The translations under genes and the position numbers were made by a program. A DNA stretch of 64,000 nucleotides from Clostridia bacterium (lineage in GTDB: Bacteria > Bacillota > Clostridia > UMGS1810), in NCBI GenBank assembly GCA_045540815.1, contig JAZQHY010000040.1:8539-72538 (forward strand). The letters run 5' to 3'. Shown here in pieces: positions 45,402 through 56,026 of the stretch. How positions within the stretch are numbered: the first letter of the stretch is position 1; every line of letters begins with the position of its first letter. The notes below the pieces were generated by a model. The model saw nothing but the letters and a program-made list of their open reading frames with translations, was not told the origin of the DNA and did no database searches.

Positions 45402-47051
45402 ATGAAAAAAATTATAAAACAAAGTGTAGTGTGGGGCATTATCGTCTCTTTAGTGCTTACAGGACAGATGATGGTATATGCACAGAAAACATTTACCGAC
45501 CTTACAAGCAGCCATTGGGCATATGCATCAATAAACACGTTGGTAAATGACGGAACAATAAATGGTTACCAGGATGGCACTTTCAGACCCGAGGGGACTG
45601 TTACCAGAGCGGAATTCGTTAAAATGATAGGCAACGGTTCGACAATGAGAGCTCAGAGATATTTTGACGTTGATGAAACTCATTGGGCATACAGCTACAT
45701 AATGACATCAGGTATGAAGGAAGATGGTTCAAACCGATTTTTCCCAGACAGACCTATCACCAGAGGCGAGGTAGTAGAGCTTTTGTGGAAACGAGGCGGC
45801 TCATTAAAAAACACAGTCGCACCATCGGTTGTTACAGACCAGTATAAAGATAATACTGATGCTATCGCATGGGCATATACATATGGACTAATGCAGGGCG
45901 ATAATGGTATAGACTTAAGAACAAGTGACACACTTACAAGAGCAGAAGCAACTGCACTAATTGTACGTGCTAGAGCAATAACAGTAAATTCACCAAAGAG
46001 CGATATAGTAAATACTGTTCAAGACGAACTTTTAAAAACTGTATTTGAAAGTGTAAATATATTTGAAACAAAAGAGTATGTACCTGAAAAGACTGTAACA
46101 AACGGCGAATTTGCCAGAGCAGCTGTAAGATTGGCAACAGGCGAACGTATGCTTACCTATAAAGGTTATTCAGCAGTTGAAGAATTTGATCATAAATATG
46201 CAAAAGATATATATGCTATCGGTACAGCGTGTCTTGGCGAGGACACTATAAACGCAGATTTTGCAGATAAGAAAACTACAGTTCAGGATGGCGTTGCTAT
46301 GCTTGTGCATGCAGCAATAAAAAATTCTGCTTACCCTGTAGCATATGGTTCAAAAAACAGCTATTATTCAGACATAAAAGGAAAACTATCTGATAAAGCA
46401 AACGAATATCTTACATATGCGTATAAAAATGGCATAAAACTTTATGCAAATGATAGAATTGATGCATCAAGAGAAATTACACATAAAGATATTGCCTGTG
46501 TGCTATTACAGCTTGATAAGAAAATAGGTCTTATCAGATCAAAAACAACTACTGAGAATAGTGCATACAGTGCAGACAAAATAAGAACAGACCTTGGTTC
46601 ATATCCAGCAAATGCATCTGAATATGTGTATATCTTGGAGGACGTTCCAAACCTTGCTTATACAACCGAGCTTACTGCGTATGGAGATGTTAAATCTGAT
46701 CGTAGTGCAGTGTTTGCTTTGGCAAATGAATATAGCTATATATTTGAATCCACTTTAAAAAGCTATAGATATTTATGTAAGAAAAACGGTGCAGATGTAA
46801 AATTCACTTACTATCCTTCACTTGTTTATGATAATGGCAATGGTTATACAATGCGTGTAAAATGTGAGATTATCGGCGAACCTATGAGTGTTTATATGCA
46901 GGATATGTTCGAGGGTGAATATGGTGATAACTACAAAGTATATAAGGGTATGACATTCTTTATGGATATAGTAACAGGCGGTCCGGTTACAGATATAGTT
47001 ATCGATACCGATAAAGTAGAAGTAGATAAGATGGTTGCTATCATAAAATAA
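45402..47051 (+). CDS. Cell-surface protein with three N-terminal SLH domains
   Basis: Signal peptide plus three SLH repeats (FTDL..HWAY..INGYQDGTFRPEGTVTRAEF, FDVDETHWAY.., ..AIAWAY..LTRAEA). The C-terminal 350 aa are unassigned. Confidence 0.75.
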   Translation: MKKIIKQSVVWGIIVSLVLTGQMMVYAQKTFTDLTSSHWAYASINTLVNDGTINGYQDGTFRPEGTVTRAEFVKMIGNGSTMRAQRYFDVDETHWAYSYIMTSGMKEDGSNRFFPDRPITRGEVVELLWKRGGSLKNTVAPSVVTDQYKDNTDAIAWAYTYGLMQGDNGIDLRTSDTLTRAEATALIVRARAITVNSPKSDIVNTVQDELLKTVFESVNIFETKEYVPEKTVTNGEFARAAVRLATGERMLTYKGYSAVEEFDHKYAKDIYAIGTACLGEDTINADFADKKTTVQDGVAMLVHAAIKNSAYPVAYGSKNSYYSDIKGKLSDKANEYLTYAYKNGIKLYANDRIDASREITHKDIACVLLQLDKKIGLIRSKTTTENSAYSADKIRTDLGSYPANASEYVYILEDVPNLAYTTELTAYGDVKSDRSAVFALANEYSYIFESTLKSYRYLCKKNGADVKFTYYPSLVYDNGNGYTMRVKCEIIGEPMSVYMQDMFEGEYGDNYKVYKGMTFFMDIVTGGPVTDIVIDTDKVEVDKMVAIIK

Positions 47052-47060
47052 TATTAAATC

Positions 47061-47092
47061 AAAAAAAGACTTCCTTTGTGGAAGTCTTTTTA
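47061..47092. terminator. Bidirectional terminator between the SLH gene and uppP
   Basis: AAAGACTTCC-TTTGT-GGAAGTCTTT flanked by A-runs and T-runs. Confidence 0.8.
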
Positions 47093-47140
47093 TTGTATTC
47101 TCACGTGTCTTAAGGGAGGGGTTAAAATCGATAATTTACA

Positions 47141-47956
47141 TTATCTAATAAAACTAAAATACAATAATACTATTATACCTAGCACTATTCTATAGTAACC
47201 AAATGATTTGAAATCGTGTTTTTTAACAAATTCCATAAGGAACTTTATACACATCATTGATACAACGTACGCAACCGCCATACCTGTTAATAGGATTATG
47301 ATATTGTCACCGGTCATAAGGTCAAGATTACTTATTATCTTTAAAAAACTTACCCCAACCATAACAGGTATTGCAAGGAAGAATGAAAACTCTGCCGCGA
47401 CTCCTCTTGAACATCCAAGTATTATCGCACCAAGTATTGTAGCACCCGAACGAGATGTGCCAGGAATGATAGAAAGCACCTGAAATAGACCGATTAAAAG
47501 TGCGGTTTTGTAGGACATATCCGCTAAATCATTTACAAGCGGATTTTTCTTTCTGTTTTCTATAACTATAAAAAGTATGCCGTAGATTATAAGTGTTGCC
47601 GCTACTACAAATGGAGTTTCAAACTTTTCCATAATAGGGTCTAAAATCAGCCCGAATACCGCCGCCGGAAGACAGGCAACTATAACTTTAAACCACATAT
47701 TCCACGTAGATTTTTTCTCGCTTGCCGACTTTGACGGCGAAAGCGGATTGAGTTTTTTGAAGAAAAGCGTAACTACTGCAAGTATCGCACCTAGCTGTAT
47801 AACATATATGTACAGGTCACTCGCTGTAAATTCATTGTAATTGTTTAAAAATGAATTTACCAGTATCATATGACCTGTGCTTGATATTGGTAGCCACTCA
47901 GTGATTCCTTCTACTATACCCAGCAAAATGGATTTTAGCATTTCAATAAATAGCAT
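47141..47956 (-). CDS. uppP: Undecaprenyl-diphosphate phosphatase
   Basis: [14 protein letters not shown] and [10 protein letters not shown] motifs. 8 TM segments. Confidence 0.92.
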   Translation of the reverse strand: MLFIEMLKSILLGIVEGITEWLPISSTGHMILVNSFLNNYNEFTASDLYIYVIQLGAILAVVTLFFKKLNPLSPSKSASEKKSTWNMWFKVIVACLPAAVFGLILDPIMEKFETPFVVAATLIIYGILFIVIENRKKNPLVNDLADMSYKTALLIGLFQVLSIIPGTSRSGATILGAIILGCSRGVAAEFSFFLAIPVMVGVSFLKIISNLDLMTGDNIIILLTGMAVAYVVSMMCIKFLMEFVKKHDFKSFGYYRIVLGIIVLLYFSFIR

Positions 47957-47966
47957 AAATTCTACC

Positions 47967-48932
47967 TCATTTCAAAGTGTTTTTATATTCATATAATGTT
48001 TCCTTCAGTATGCTTAAATCAGTTATCAGATTAACAGTGTTTCTAAGCTTTGTAGCATTTTTTAGTCCTTTTGTGTACCAAGCGATGTGCTTTCGTGCCT
48101 CACGTATGCCTATGTGCTCGCCTTTTAACTTTATAAGTAAATCAATATGTTCGTTTAACGTATCCATTCTTTCGCAAGGACTAGGCTCATATAGTGCATT
48201 TCCATATTCAATATATTCAAGCACCTGTTTAAATATAAACGGATTTCCTTCTGCACCTCTTGCTATCATTACCGCATCACAGCCTGTGTGGTCAAACATA
48301 TCCATTGCGTCTTTTGCGGTGAAAATGTCACCATTTCCTATAACAGGTATTGATACCGCCTTTTTTACATCGCGTATGATGTCCCAGTCGGAATGTCCCG
48401 AATAATACATTTCACGCGTTCTTGGGTGAATGGTAATAGCCGATGCACCATTGTCTTCTATAACTTTCGCAATCTCGCAAACGTCAATGTGGTCTTTGCC
48501 GTAACCAGAACGAATCTTGCAGGTAACAGGCACGTCCACCGCGTTTGAAACCGCCTTTACTATCTTGCCAATGTTTTCGGGGTCTTTTAAAAGTGCACTT
48601 CCGTCACCATTGTTAAATACCTTCGGCGCAGGGCAACCCATATTAATGTCGAGAATTTTTCCAACACCATTAAGCGCCCTGTTTGCCGTACTTGCCATAA
48701 TTTCAGCATCACTACCGAAAATCTGCACCGCAAGAGGAGCCTCCGCCTCGTCTGATACAAGTAGCTCAAAAGTCTTTTTGTCACCATAGTGAATCGCTTT
48801 TGAACTTACCATTTCACTGTATACCAGACCAGCACCAAACTTTTTGCATATAAGCCTGAACGGAAGGTCGGTTACGCCCGCCATTGGTGCTAAAAATATA
48901 TTGTTGTCTAAAGTTATATTTCCTATTTTCAT
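47967..48932 (-). CDS. dusB: tRNA-dihydrouridine synthase B
   Basis: [28 protein letters not shown]. Confidence 0.9.
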   Translation of the reverse strand: MKIGNITLDNNIFLAPMAGVTDLPFRLICKKFGAGLVYSEMVSSKAIHYGDKKTFELLVSDEAEAPLAVQIFGSDAEIMASTANRALNGVGKILDINMGCPAPKVFNNGDGSALLKDPENIGKIVKAVSNAVDVPVTCKIRSGYGKDHIDVCEIAKVIEDNGASAITIHPRTREMYYSGHSDWDIIRDVKKAVSIPVIGNGDIFTAKDAMDMFDHTGCDAVMIARGAEGNPFIFKQVLEYIEYGNALYEPSPCERMDTLNEHIDLLIKLKGEHIGIREARKHIAWYTKGLKNATKLRNTVNLITDLSILKETLYEYKNTLK

Positions 48933-48985
48933 AATGTTCTCCGTTTCTATTTATTTATTTTATCATAGAATAAATAAATTGGCAA

Positions 48986-49016
48986 TAAAAAGCCTTGCGA
49001 AATACATACGCAAGGG
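48986..49016 (-). terminator. Minus-strand intrinsic terminator downstream of dpaB and the GC-rich element
   Basis: On the minus strand: CCTTGCG-TATGTATTT-CGCAAGG followed by CTTTTT. Confidence 0.75.
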
Positions 49017-49055
49017 AAATATTATTCATATGATATCTGTATCGATTATTTGGTT

Positions 49056-49150
49056 TGGGGACCGGGGTATCCCCGGCCGGTAGGGGTCCGGGGCGAATCG
49101 GAACGCCCCGGGGTTTTTGGACTTTTGACCCCAAAAGTCCCCGCCGGAGG
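49056..49150 (-). other. GC-rich triple-hairpin element of unknown function (3' UTR of dpaAB or a small RNA)
   Basis: Three stems: CCGGGG/CCCCGG (49062-49076), CCGGGGCG/CGCCCCGG (49088-49111) and GGACTTTTG/CAAAAGTCC (49119-49140). GC content is far above the surrounding sequence. Confidence 0.5.
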
Positions 49151-49187
49151 CAAAAGAAAATTATAAAAATATTTTGTTATACAGCAA

Positions 49188-49772
49188 TCACCTTTCTATT
49201 ATTACCGGTTGAATTTGCTTTTTTTCAAGAGCCATTTCAAGCGTAGGGAGTATCATAGTCATATCCGCGACAAGCGATGTCGGCTTTCCGCACGGGTCAT
49301 CCTGACCAAACGGAACAAAAAATACGTTTTTGGCATTTATAAGCATCCCCCAGTTTTTGGCGCAAGCTCCAAGTCCGTCGTTGGTTGATATGGCAATTAT
49401 AAGCGGATTATCATTTCGAAGATTTGCTTTTGCCGCCATGGTTACACACGTGTCGGTTATCGCGTTTGCTATCTTTGATACCGTGTTTCCTGTGCAAGGT
49501 GCTATGATAAGCGCATCAAGCAAATTTTTTGGTCCTATAGGCTCTGCGGTTTTGATGCTTGTTATTATATCCGAGCCTGTAATGTCCTTTACCTGTGATA
49601 TAAAATCTTCTGCCTTTCCAAAACGTGTGTCGGTGGAAAAACTCATTTCAGACATAATGGGCAAAACTCTAGCACCCGTTTCGGCAAGCTTTTTGATTTC
49701 AGGCAAAACCTTTGAAAATGTACAGAATGACCCCGTAAGAGCAAAACCAATTGTATATTTTGATAAATCCAT
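49188..49772 (-). CDS. dpaB: Dipicolinate synthase subunit B
   Basis: GFALTGSFCTF flavoprotein-like N-terminus. Adjacent to dpaA. Confidence 0.85.
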   Translation of the reverse strand: MDLSKYTIGFALTGSFCTFSKVLPEIKKLAETGARVLPIMSEMSFSTDTRFGKAEDFISQVKDITGSDIITSIKTAEPIGPKNLLDALIIAPCTGNTVSKIANAITDTCVTMAAKANLRNDNPLIIAISTNDGLGACAKNWGMLINAKNVFFVPFGQDDPCGKPTSLVADMTMILPTLEMALEKKQIQPVIIER

Positions 49773-49774
49773 AG

Positions 49775-50647
49775 TTACACCCCCAGTTCGGATAAAATAT
49801 TTTCAATAGTAACCTTAATCATATCTCCTGCAGTTTTTGGTGCTACCTTTCCAGGAAGAGAAAGCGCAGTTATCACCTTTATTCCCAGTATTTCTGCCAT
49901 CTTTGTGTTTACGCCTCCGGGTGCTGATGCCAGGTCGATAATAAGCGAGTCTTTGCCTATCTTCGATAGTAAATCATACGATAATATCTCATACGGAATG
50001 GTGTTGAATATGATATCTTTACCTTTCACGGCATCTTTAAGCTCATCTAACCTGACCGCGTTGTAGCCGTACGCCTTTATCCAGGCTAAATCTGCGTATT
50101 TTCTCGCCTCCGCAAAAACTTCCGCTCCAAGCGATGCAAGCATATGCGAAAGTATTTTTCCTATCCTGCCAAATCCAAGCACCAGACATTTTGACGAGTG
50201 GAGAGTTATAGGCATCTCACGCATTGCAATCTCTATCGCACCTTCGGCAGTTGGGATGGAGTTTAATACAGTCAGCTCCTCGCGTGTGAAATAGTCTATA
50301 ATCTGAATGCTGTATACACTGCCAAGCTTAAAAATGTTTTCAGGTATCCTGCCTCCAATTAGTATTTGCTTAGGTGTCATACACTTAAACACCTCGTAGA
50401 AATATATATCGCCGTCATATAGCGGTGTATTAACCGTGACATTGTCGGTAGTTATAGGAAGTCCTGTTATGATTATGTCGGCGTTTTTAATGCCGTCATA
50501 AAGGTTTTCAGGCTTTTTTATTCGTGGATTAAATGAAATGTCAGCATTAAACCCGAAAGCCGATACATCAAACCCAGAGGCAGAAAAGCTGTCTGCCATC
50601 TTCACTATTCGCATATCTCCGCCCAGCACCAAAAGTTTCTTTTCCAT
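49775..50647 (-). CDS. dpaA: Dipicolinate synthase subunit A
   Basis: NAD-binding VLGFGRIGK. 290 aa. Paired with dpaB. Confidence 0.85.
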   Translation of the reverse strand: MEKKLLVLGGDMRIVKMADSFSASGFDVSAFGFNADISFNPRIKKPENLYDGIKNADIIITGLPITTDNVTVNTPLYDGDIYFYEVFKCMTPKQILIGGRIPENIFKLGSVYSIQIIDYFTREELTVLNSIPTAEGAIEIAMREMPITLHSSKCLVLGFGRIGKILSHMLASLGAEVFAEARKYADLAWIKAYGYNAVRLDELKDAVKGKDIIFNTIPYEILSYDLLSKIGKDSLIIDLASAPGGVNTKMAEILGIKVITALSLPGKVAPKTAGDMIKVTIENILSELGV

Positions 50648-50773
50648 GCGCGAATGCCCCCTTACTTTTAATAATTTATATTATGAAAAAATAAAGCATA
50701 GTGTGAATTTTGTCATAAGAAAATCGGGCGCTACATATATATGTACAAACATAAATTTGCAGGGGGTTATTTT

Positions 50774-52243
50774 ATGGATATATATAAGGATATTGCCACC
50801 AGAACAAACGGCGATATATACATAGGAGTAGTAGGCCCTGTCAGAACAGGAAAATCAACCTTTATAAAAAGGTTTATGGATTCGATGGTTATTCCGAGTA
50901 TTGACAATGCCTACGTGCGCGAACGCGCCAGAGATGAGCTTCCGCAGAGCGCGGGCGGAAGAACTATTATGACTACAGAGCCAAAATTCATACCCAACGA
51001 GGCTGTGGAGATAAGTCTGTCGGACAATGCAAATCTAAGAGTGAGAATGATAGACTGCGTCGGATACGTGGTGGATTCTGCACTTGGACATATTGAGGAA
51101 GAAGCTCCCCGAATGGTAAAAACACCTTGGTACGACGAGGAAATTCCGTTTGAAAAGGCGGCAGAGATTGGAACAAAAAAGGTTATAAACGAGCATTCCA
51201 CTATAGGTATAGTGGTTACCACCGATGGCTCGGTAACAGAAATTCCGCGCGAGGATTATATCGAGGCGGAAAGCAGGGTTATATCGGAGCTTAAGGAAAT
51301 AAACAAGCCTTTTATCGTACTTTTAAACAGCGTAAATCCAAACAGCGAAAAGACCCAAATGGTCAAGGAGAGCATAGAGGAAATGCACGACGTACCTGTT
51401 CTTCCTGTAAACTGCGCTGAACTCGAAAGAGAAGATATAATGAAAATAATCGAGTTTATCCTGTTTGAGTTTCCGCTTAAAGAAATCGGCATAAATATTC
51501 CTAAATGGATTGAAAAACTAAATATTTCACATTGGCTCAAAAAAGGCTTTTATGATAAAGCGCTTGAGTCTATCGGAAATGTTAGAAAAATAAGCGACTC
51601 AAAGAAGGTGTTGAACTCTCTCGAAGAGTATGAATATACAAAAACCGCAAGCGTTTCAAATATAAACCTTGGCGAGGGCACACTTGTAGTTGACATAACA
51701 ACAGATGATGAGCTTTTCTATAAAATACTCGGTGAAACGTCAGGCTTTGAGATAAACGGACAGGATTCGCTGATTTCACTTATGCAGGAGCTTTCACAGG
51801 TTAAAAAGGAATATGATAAGGTAGCGTATGCACTAAAAGAAGTAAATGAGTTTGGATATGGTATCGTTTCGCCAGGCATAGAGGATTTAAGTTTAGAGGA
51901 GCCTGAAATAGTAAAACAGGGCGGTCAGTTTGGCGTACGACTTCGTGCATCTGCGCCTTCTATCCATATGATACGCGCAGATATCGAAACGGAGGTAAGC
52001 CCAATCGTCGGTACAGAGAAACAGTCGGAGGATTTGGTGCATTATCTTCTAAATGAATTTGACGAGTCGCCTGAAAAGATATGGGAGTCAAATATCTTTG
52101 GTAAATCACTTCACGCACTTGTAAACGAAGGTCTTCACAATAAGCTTTCCAGAATGCCTGAGGACGCACAGTTTAAGCTTCAGGAAACACTACAAAAAAT
52201 TATCAATGAAGGCTCAGGCGGACTTATTTGTATAATACTTTAA
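50774..52243 (+). CDS. spoIVA: Stage IV sporulation protein A (coat morphogenetic ATPase)
   Basis: MDIYKDIATRTNGDIYIGVVGPVRTGKSTFIKRFM. 489 aa. The ATG at 50774 follows AGGGGG. Confidence 0.95.
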   Translation: MDIYKDIATRTNGDIYIGVVGPVRTGKSTFIKRFMDSMVIPSIDNAYVRERARDELPQSAGGRTIMTTEPKFIPNEAVEISLSDNANLRVRMIDCVGYVVDSALGHIEEEAPRMVKTPWYDEEIPFEKAAEIGTKKVINEHSTIGIVVTTDGSVTEIPREDYIEAESRVISELKEINKPFIVLLNSVNPNSEKTQMVKESIEEMHDVPVLPVNCAELEREDIMKIIEFILFEFPLKEIGINIPKWIEKLNISHWLKKGFYDKALESIGNVRKISDSKKVLNSLEEYEYTKTASVSNINLGEGTLVVDITTDDELFYKILGETSGFEINGQDSLISLMQELSQVKKEYDKVAYALKEVNEFGYGIVSPGIEDLSLEEPEIVKQGGQFGVRLRASAPSIHMIRADIETEVSPIVGTEKQSEDLVHYLLNEFDESPEKIWESNIFGKSLHALVNEGLHNKLSRMPEDAQFKLQETLQKIINEGSGGLICIIL

Positions 52244-52249
52244 TAAATA

Positions 52250-52296
52250 AAATGTATCTTTAAACGTATTTATTTAAAGATACATTTTTAATTTTT
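52250..52296 (+). terminator. spoIVA terminator
   Basis: 15-bp stem AAATGTATCTTTAAA/TTTAAAGATACATTT followed by a T-run. Confidence 0.85.
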
Positions 52297-52414
52297 TACA
52301 AATAAATGTCACCTGCATCTTAGAGAACGGATCTCCGTTTCCTTCCGCTCATCGCATTTGACATTTTTCCTTCAAAATGGTATACTATTTTAGATAAATT
52401 TACGAGGTGTTAAT

Positions 52415-53011
52415 ATGCTTTATACAGCTTCTTTATCAAAGTTAATAGACGTTTTTAATAAGATGCCGGGGATAGGTCATAAATCCGCGGTGCGTCTTGC
52501 GTTTTATATTTTGTCGCTTACAAAAGAGGAAACAGCTGATATCATTTCCACTATAGAGAAGGCGAAGGAAAGCATCACATATTGCGAAAAATGTTATAAC
52601 CTTACAGAGTCAAACCCTTGTGAGATATGCGGGAATTCTAAACGCGACCAGTCAACCATTTGCGTAGTAGAAACGCCGAAGGACGTTATAGCACTTGAAA
52701 AAACGAGAGAGTATTTCGGGCTTTATCACGTGCTTCACGGCGTAATTTCGCCTATGGACAATATAGGTCCTGATATGCTAAAGATAAAAGAGCTTTTGGA
52801 GCGTATTGCAAACGAGGATATAAAAGAGGTTATCATCGCCTGCAATCCAAGTGTGGAGGGCGAGGCTACAGCTATGTATCTCTCAAAGCTTATAAAGCCG
52901 TTTGGCGTGAAAGTTTCACGAATAGCGTTTGGTCTTCCTATTGGCGGTGACCTTGAGTATGCCGACCAGGTTACACTTACAAAAGCTATCGAGGGCAGAC
53001 GAGAATTGTAA
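52415..53011 (+). CDS. recR: Recombination protein RecR
   Basis: PGIGHKSAVRLAFYIL, Zn finger CEKCYNLTESNPCEIC, Toprim segment. Confidence 0.95.
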   Translation: MLYTASLSKLIDVFNKMPGIGHKSAVRLAFYILSLTKEETADIISTIEKAKESITYCEKCYNLTESNPCEICGNSKRDQSTICVVETPKDVIALEKTREYFGLYHVLHGVISPMDNIGPDMLKIKELLERIANEDIKEVIIACNPSVEGEATAMYLSKLIKPFGVKVSRIAFGLPIGGDLEYADQVTLTKAIEGRREL

Positions 53012-53086
53012 ATAGAATTTATTAACATATTCTTTGCAAAATGCCATATAATTATCGCATAAGATATATTAAGATGAGGTGATTTT

Positions 53087-53746
53087 GTGGCACACATTGC
53101 AACTGTAATTCTTTCCAATTTTAAAGGGAAACTGTTTAAAAAAATTGACTATTCATATTCGGATATCTCTGGCACAGAAATATTGAATATTAAAATAAAA
53201 TCCCAAAAATGCAAAAAGAAGCTTTTAAAAATGCTCTCAAAAAACGGGATAAAATACATTGTGTCACGAGATTGCGATGGTATTGCAAACACTGACGGGC
53301 AAGCGTTACTTAAAAGCATTTATCCCATTATCGTGAAACGTTTTGCAAAGACATATAAAAAGTCGGACAGCGTACTTGTATGTGCAGATAGATTAGATAG
53401 CATAGCAAAAGAAACTATTTTAATGCTGTGCGACCATTTTAAATACATAAGTGTAGCTACTTCGGATTATAATAAGGATAAATTTTTTGACGAGGTGTTT
53501 TCGGAAAAAGGTGTTACCATTCTTCCGCCTTCGGAAAATGTAAACGAGCCTGTGCTTTATATATCGGGAAATAAACCAAAAAGGAAAAACATCTTTGATA
53601 TGTCGAGCGGAAAAAACATAAAAATATATACGCCCGACAAAAAAGTAATTTCGCCTGCGCTTTGTGAGGCAGTTATAAAAGCTAAAAACGGCGAAAATTG
53701 CGATTTGAAAACCGAGTTTTTAAGTCTTAAATTTAAAGTTATTTGA
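53087..53746 (+). CDS. Hypothetical protein (219 aa)
   Basis: GTG start after GAGGTG. Lys-rich soluble protein with no recognisable motif. Confidence 0.4.
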   Translation: MAHIATVILSNFKGKLFKKIDYSYSDISGTEILNIKIKSQKCKKKLLKMLSKNGIKYIVSRDCDGIANTDGQALLKSIYPIIVKRFAKTYKKSDSVLVCADRLDSIAKETILMLCDHFKYISVATSDYNKDKFFDEVFSEKGVTILPPSENVNEPVLYISGNKPKRKNIFDMSSGKNIKIYTPDKKVISPALCEAVIKAKNGENCDLKTEFLSLKFKVI

Positions 53747-53771
53747 CAACTTGCGTTTGTTTGATTATAAT
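53743..53771 (+). promoter_or_regulatory. Consensus sigmaA promoter of greA
   Basis: TTGACA (53743-53748), 17 nt, TATAAT (53766-53771). Confidence 0.65.
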
Positions 53772-53806
53772 ATGAATATTAAAGTTAATGAGGAGAGTTT
53801 TTAGTA

Positions 53807-54289
53807 ATGGTAAAAAACACAAAAAAAGTTGTTTTGACTCCTGCGGGTCTAAAAAAGCTGGAGGACGAACTTGAATATTTAAAAGTTGAAAAACGAAAAG
53901 AAATTGCTGAGAAAATAAAAATTGCAAGAGGTTTTGGCGACCTTTCGGAAAACGCAGAATATGTAGCTGCGAAGGAAGAACAGGGCAATATGGAAATCCG
54001 TATCGCCGAGATAAAGAAAATTCTTGAAAATGCCGAAATTATTGACGATAGCGAGATTTCAACCGATACTGTAAGCATTGGCGCTAAGGTTAAGGTTTTA
54101 GACGTTGAGTTTGAAGAGGAAGAGGAATATTATATCGTAGGCTCAACAGAGGCAGACCCTAGCCAGAATAAGATTTCTGACGAATCACCTGTAGGCAAAG
54201 CGCTTATCGGCAGAAAAATCGGCGAAACAATTGACGTAGAGATACCATCAGGTACTATTTCGTTTAAAATACTTGAAATCACAAAATAG
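53807..54289 (+). CDS. greA: Transcription elongation factor GreA
   Basis: [42 protein letters not shown]. Confidence 0.95.
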   Translation: MVKNTKKVVLTPAGLKKLEDELEYLKVEKRKEIAEKIKIARGFGDLSENAEYVAAKEEQGNMEIRIAEIKKILENAEIIDDSEISTDTVSIGAKVKVLDVEFEEEEEYYIVGSTEADPSQNKISDESPVGKALIGRKIGETIDVEIPSGTISFKILEITK

Positions 54290-54303
54290 GAGGACACATA
54301 CTA

Positions 54304-55869
54304 ATGAGCGAGCAGAACACAAATCAGGCACCAGAGCTTGAGCTTAGCGAAATACTTCAGATAAGAAGAGATAAGTTAAAAGAGCTTCAAAACGACGGCA
54401 GAGACCCGTTTGAAATAACAAAATACGACAGAACTCACACTTCGGGCGATATTAAAAACGATTACACCGAAGAGGAAAGAGAAATCACTAAAAGAGGCAG
54501 TGACGTTCCTGAAAAAATCATTGCAAAAATCTCAAAGCTTGACGGACAGAAGGTGTCTGTAGCAGGACGTATTATGTCTAAACGTGGTATGGGTAAGGTA
54601 GGCTTTGTGCATATAGCAGACCTTGACGGACAGATTCAGCTATTTGTTAAGAAGGATATCTTCGGCGAAGAAGAGTACAACCGTTTTAAAAAGCTTGACA
54701 TCGGTGATATCATAGGCGCTGAAGGTGAGGTATTCTCTACACAGACAGGCGAAATCTCTATCAGAGCAGAGAAGATTACACTTCTTTCAAAGTCACTTCT
54801 TCCTCTTCCAGAGAAATTCCACGGCCTTGTCGATACTGACTTAAGATATCGTCAGAGATACGTTGACCTTATTATGAACGATGATGTTAAAAAGACATTT
54901 ATCACCAGAAGTAAGATTATAAGAGCGATAAGAACATACCTTGATAACGAAGGATTTTTAGAGGTGGAAACACCAATACTTAATACAATCGCAGGCGGTG
55001 CGTCTGCAAGACCATTTATCACACACCACAATACGCTTGATATTGATATGTATCTTCGTATAGCTACTGAGCTACACTTAAAACGTCTTATCGTAGGCGG
55101 TATGGAAAAGGTGTATGAAATCGGCAGACAGTTTAGAAACGAGGGTATGGACATTAAGCATAACCCAGAGTTTACATCTATCGAGATATACGAGGCATTT
55201 ACCGATTACGAAGGTATGATGGATTTAACTGAAAATCTTATTAGATACGCAGCGAAAGAGGCATGCGGTACTGAAAAGATTATGTATCAGGGCGTTGAAA
55301 TCGACCTTTCACACTTTGACAGAATGACTATGATTGACTCTGTTAAGAAATATTCGGGCGTTGACTTTAACGAGATTAAATCAGACGCCGAAGCACAGGC
55401 GATTGCTAAGGAAAAAGGCCTTGAAGTTGACCCTGTTAAAGCTACAAGAGGCGATATCATCGCACTATTCTTTGATGAGTACGTAGAGGACAAACTTGTT
55501 CAGCCTACATTTATCACCGATTACCCTGTTGAAATCTCTCCTCTTGCAAAGAGAAAACCAGGTCAGCCTGAACTTACAGAGAGATTTGAAGTATTTATCA
55601 CAGGCAGAGAGTTTGGTAACGCATTCTCAGAATTAAACGACCCTATCGACCAGAAGGAACGCTTTATGGCACAGGTTGCACTTAGAGAAGCAGGCGACGA
55701 CGAGGCAAATATGATGGACGACGACTTCATCACAGCCCTTGAATACGCTATGCCTCCAACAGGCGGTCTTGGCATAGGCATCGACAGACTTGTAATGCTT
55801 CTTACAGACTCATACTCTATAAGAGACGTGCTACTATTCCCAACAATGAAGCCAAGGGAAACAAACTAA
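54304..55869 (+). CDS. lysS: Lysyl-tRNA synthetase, class II
   Basis: OB-fold region, [30 protein letters not shown]. Confidence 0.95.
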   Translation: MSEQNTNQAPELELSEILQIRRDKLKELQNDGRDPFEITKYDRTHTSGDIKNDYTEEEREITKRGSDVPEKIIAKISKLDGQKVSVAGRIMSKRGMGKVGFVHIADLDGQIQLFVKKDIFGEEEYNRFKKLDIGDIIGAEGEVFSTQTGEISIRAEKITLLSKSLLPLPEKFHGLVDTDLRYRQRYVDLIMNDDVKKTFITRSKIIRAIRTYLDNEGFLEVETPILNTIAGGASARPFITHHNTLDIDMYLRIATELHLKRLIVGGMEKVYEIGRQFRNEGMDIKHNPEFTSIEIYEAFTDYEGMMDLTENLIRYAAKEACGTEKIMYQGVEIDLSHFDRMTMIDSVKKYSGVDFNEIKSDAEAQAIAKEKGLEVDPVKATRGDIIALFFDEYVEDKLVQPTFITDYPVEISPLAKRKPGQPELTERFEVFITGREFGNAFSELNDPIDQKERFMAQVALREAGDDEANMMDDDFITALEYAMPPTGGLGIGIDRLVMLLTDSYSIRDVLLFPTMKPRETN

Positions 55870-55880
55870 TTGAATTTAAA

Positions 55881-55921
55881 AAACTGCTATGGGGCAATAT
55901 CCTTATAGCAGTTTTATTTTT
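55881..55921 (+). terminator. lysS terminator
   Basis: AAACTGCTAT/ATAGCAGTTT stem followed by a T-run. Confidence 0.8.
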
Positions 55922-56026
55922 GTCTAAATAGTTAACCACGTGTTAACTTATTGTTAATTTCATTGACTGAAAAGGCGTTTTGTGTTAAAATTACCTTACC
56001 ATATTTAACAAAGAGGGTTAGCATAA

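Noticed and set aside
49056-49150. The GC-rich element read as a tRNA or tRNA-like gene on either strand.
   Set aside because: It has no 7-bp acceptor stem with a canonical D-arm and T-arm. The best T-loop-like piece (GCGTTCCGATTCGC) has an 8-nt loop. No anticodon-arm geometry is present.
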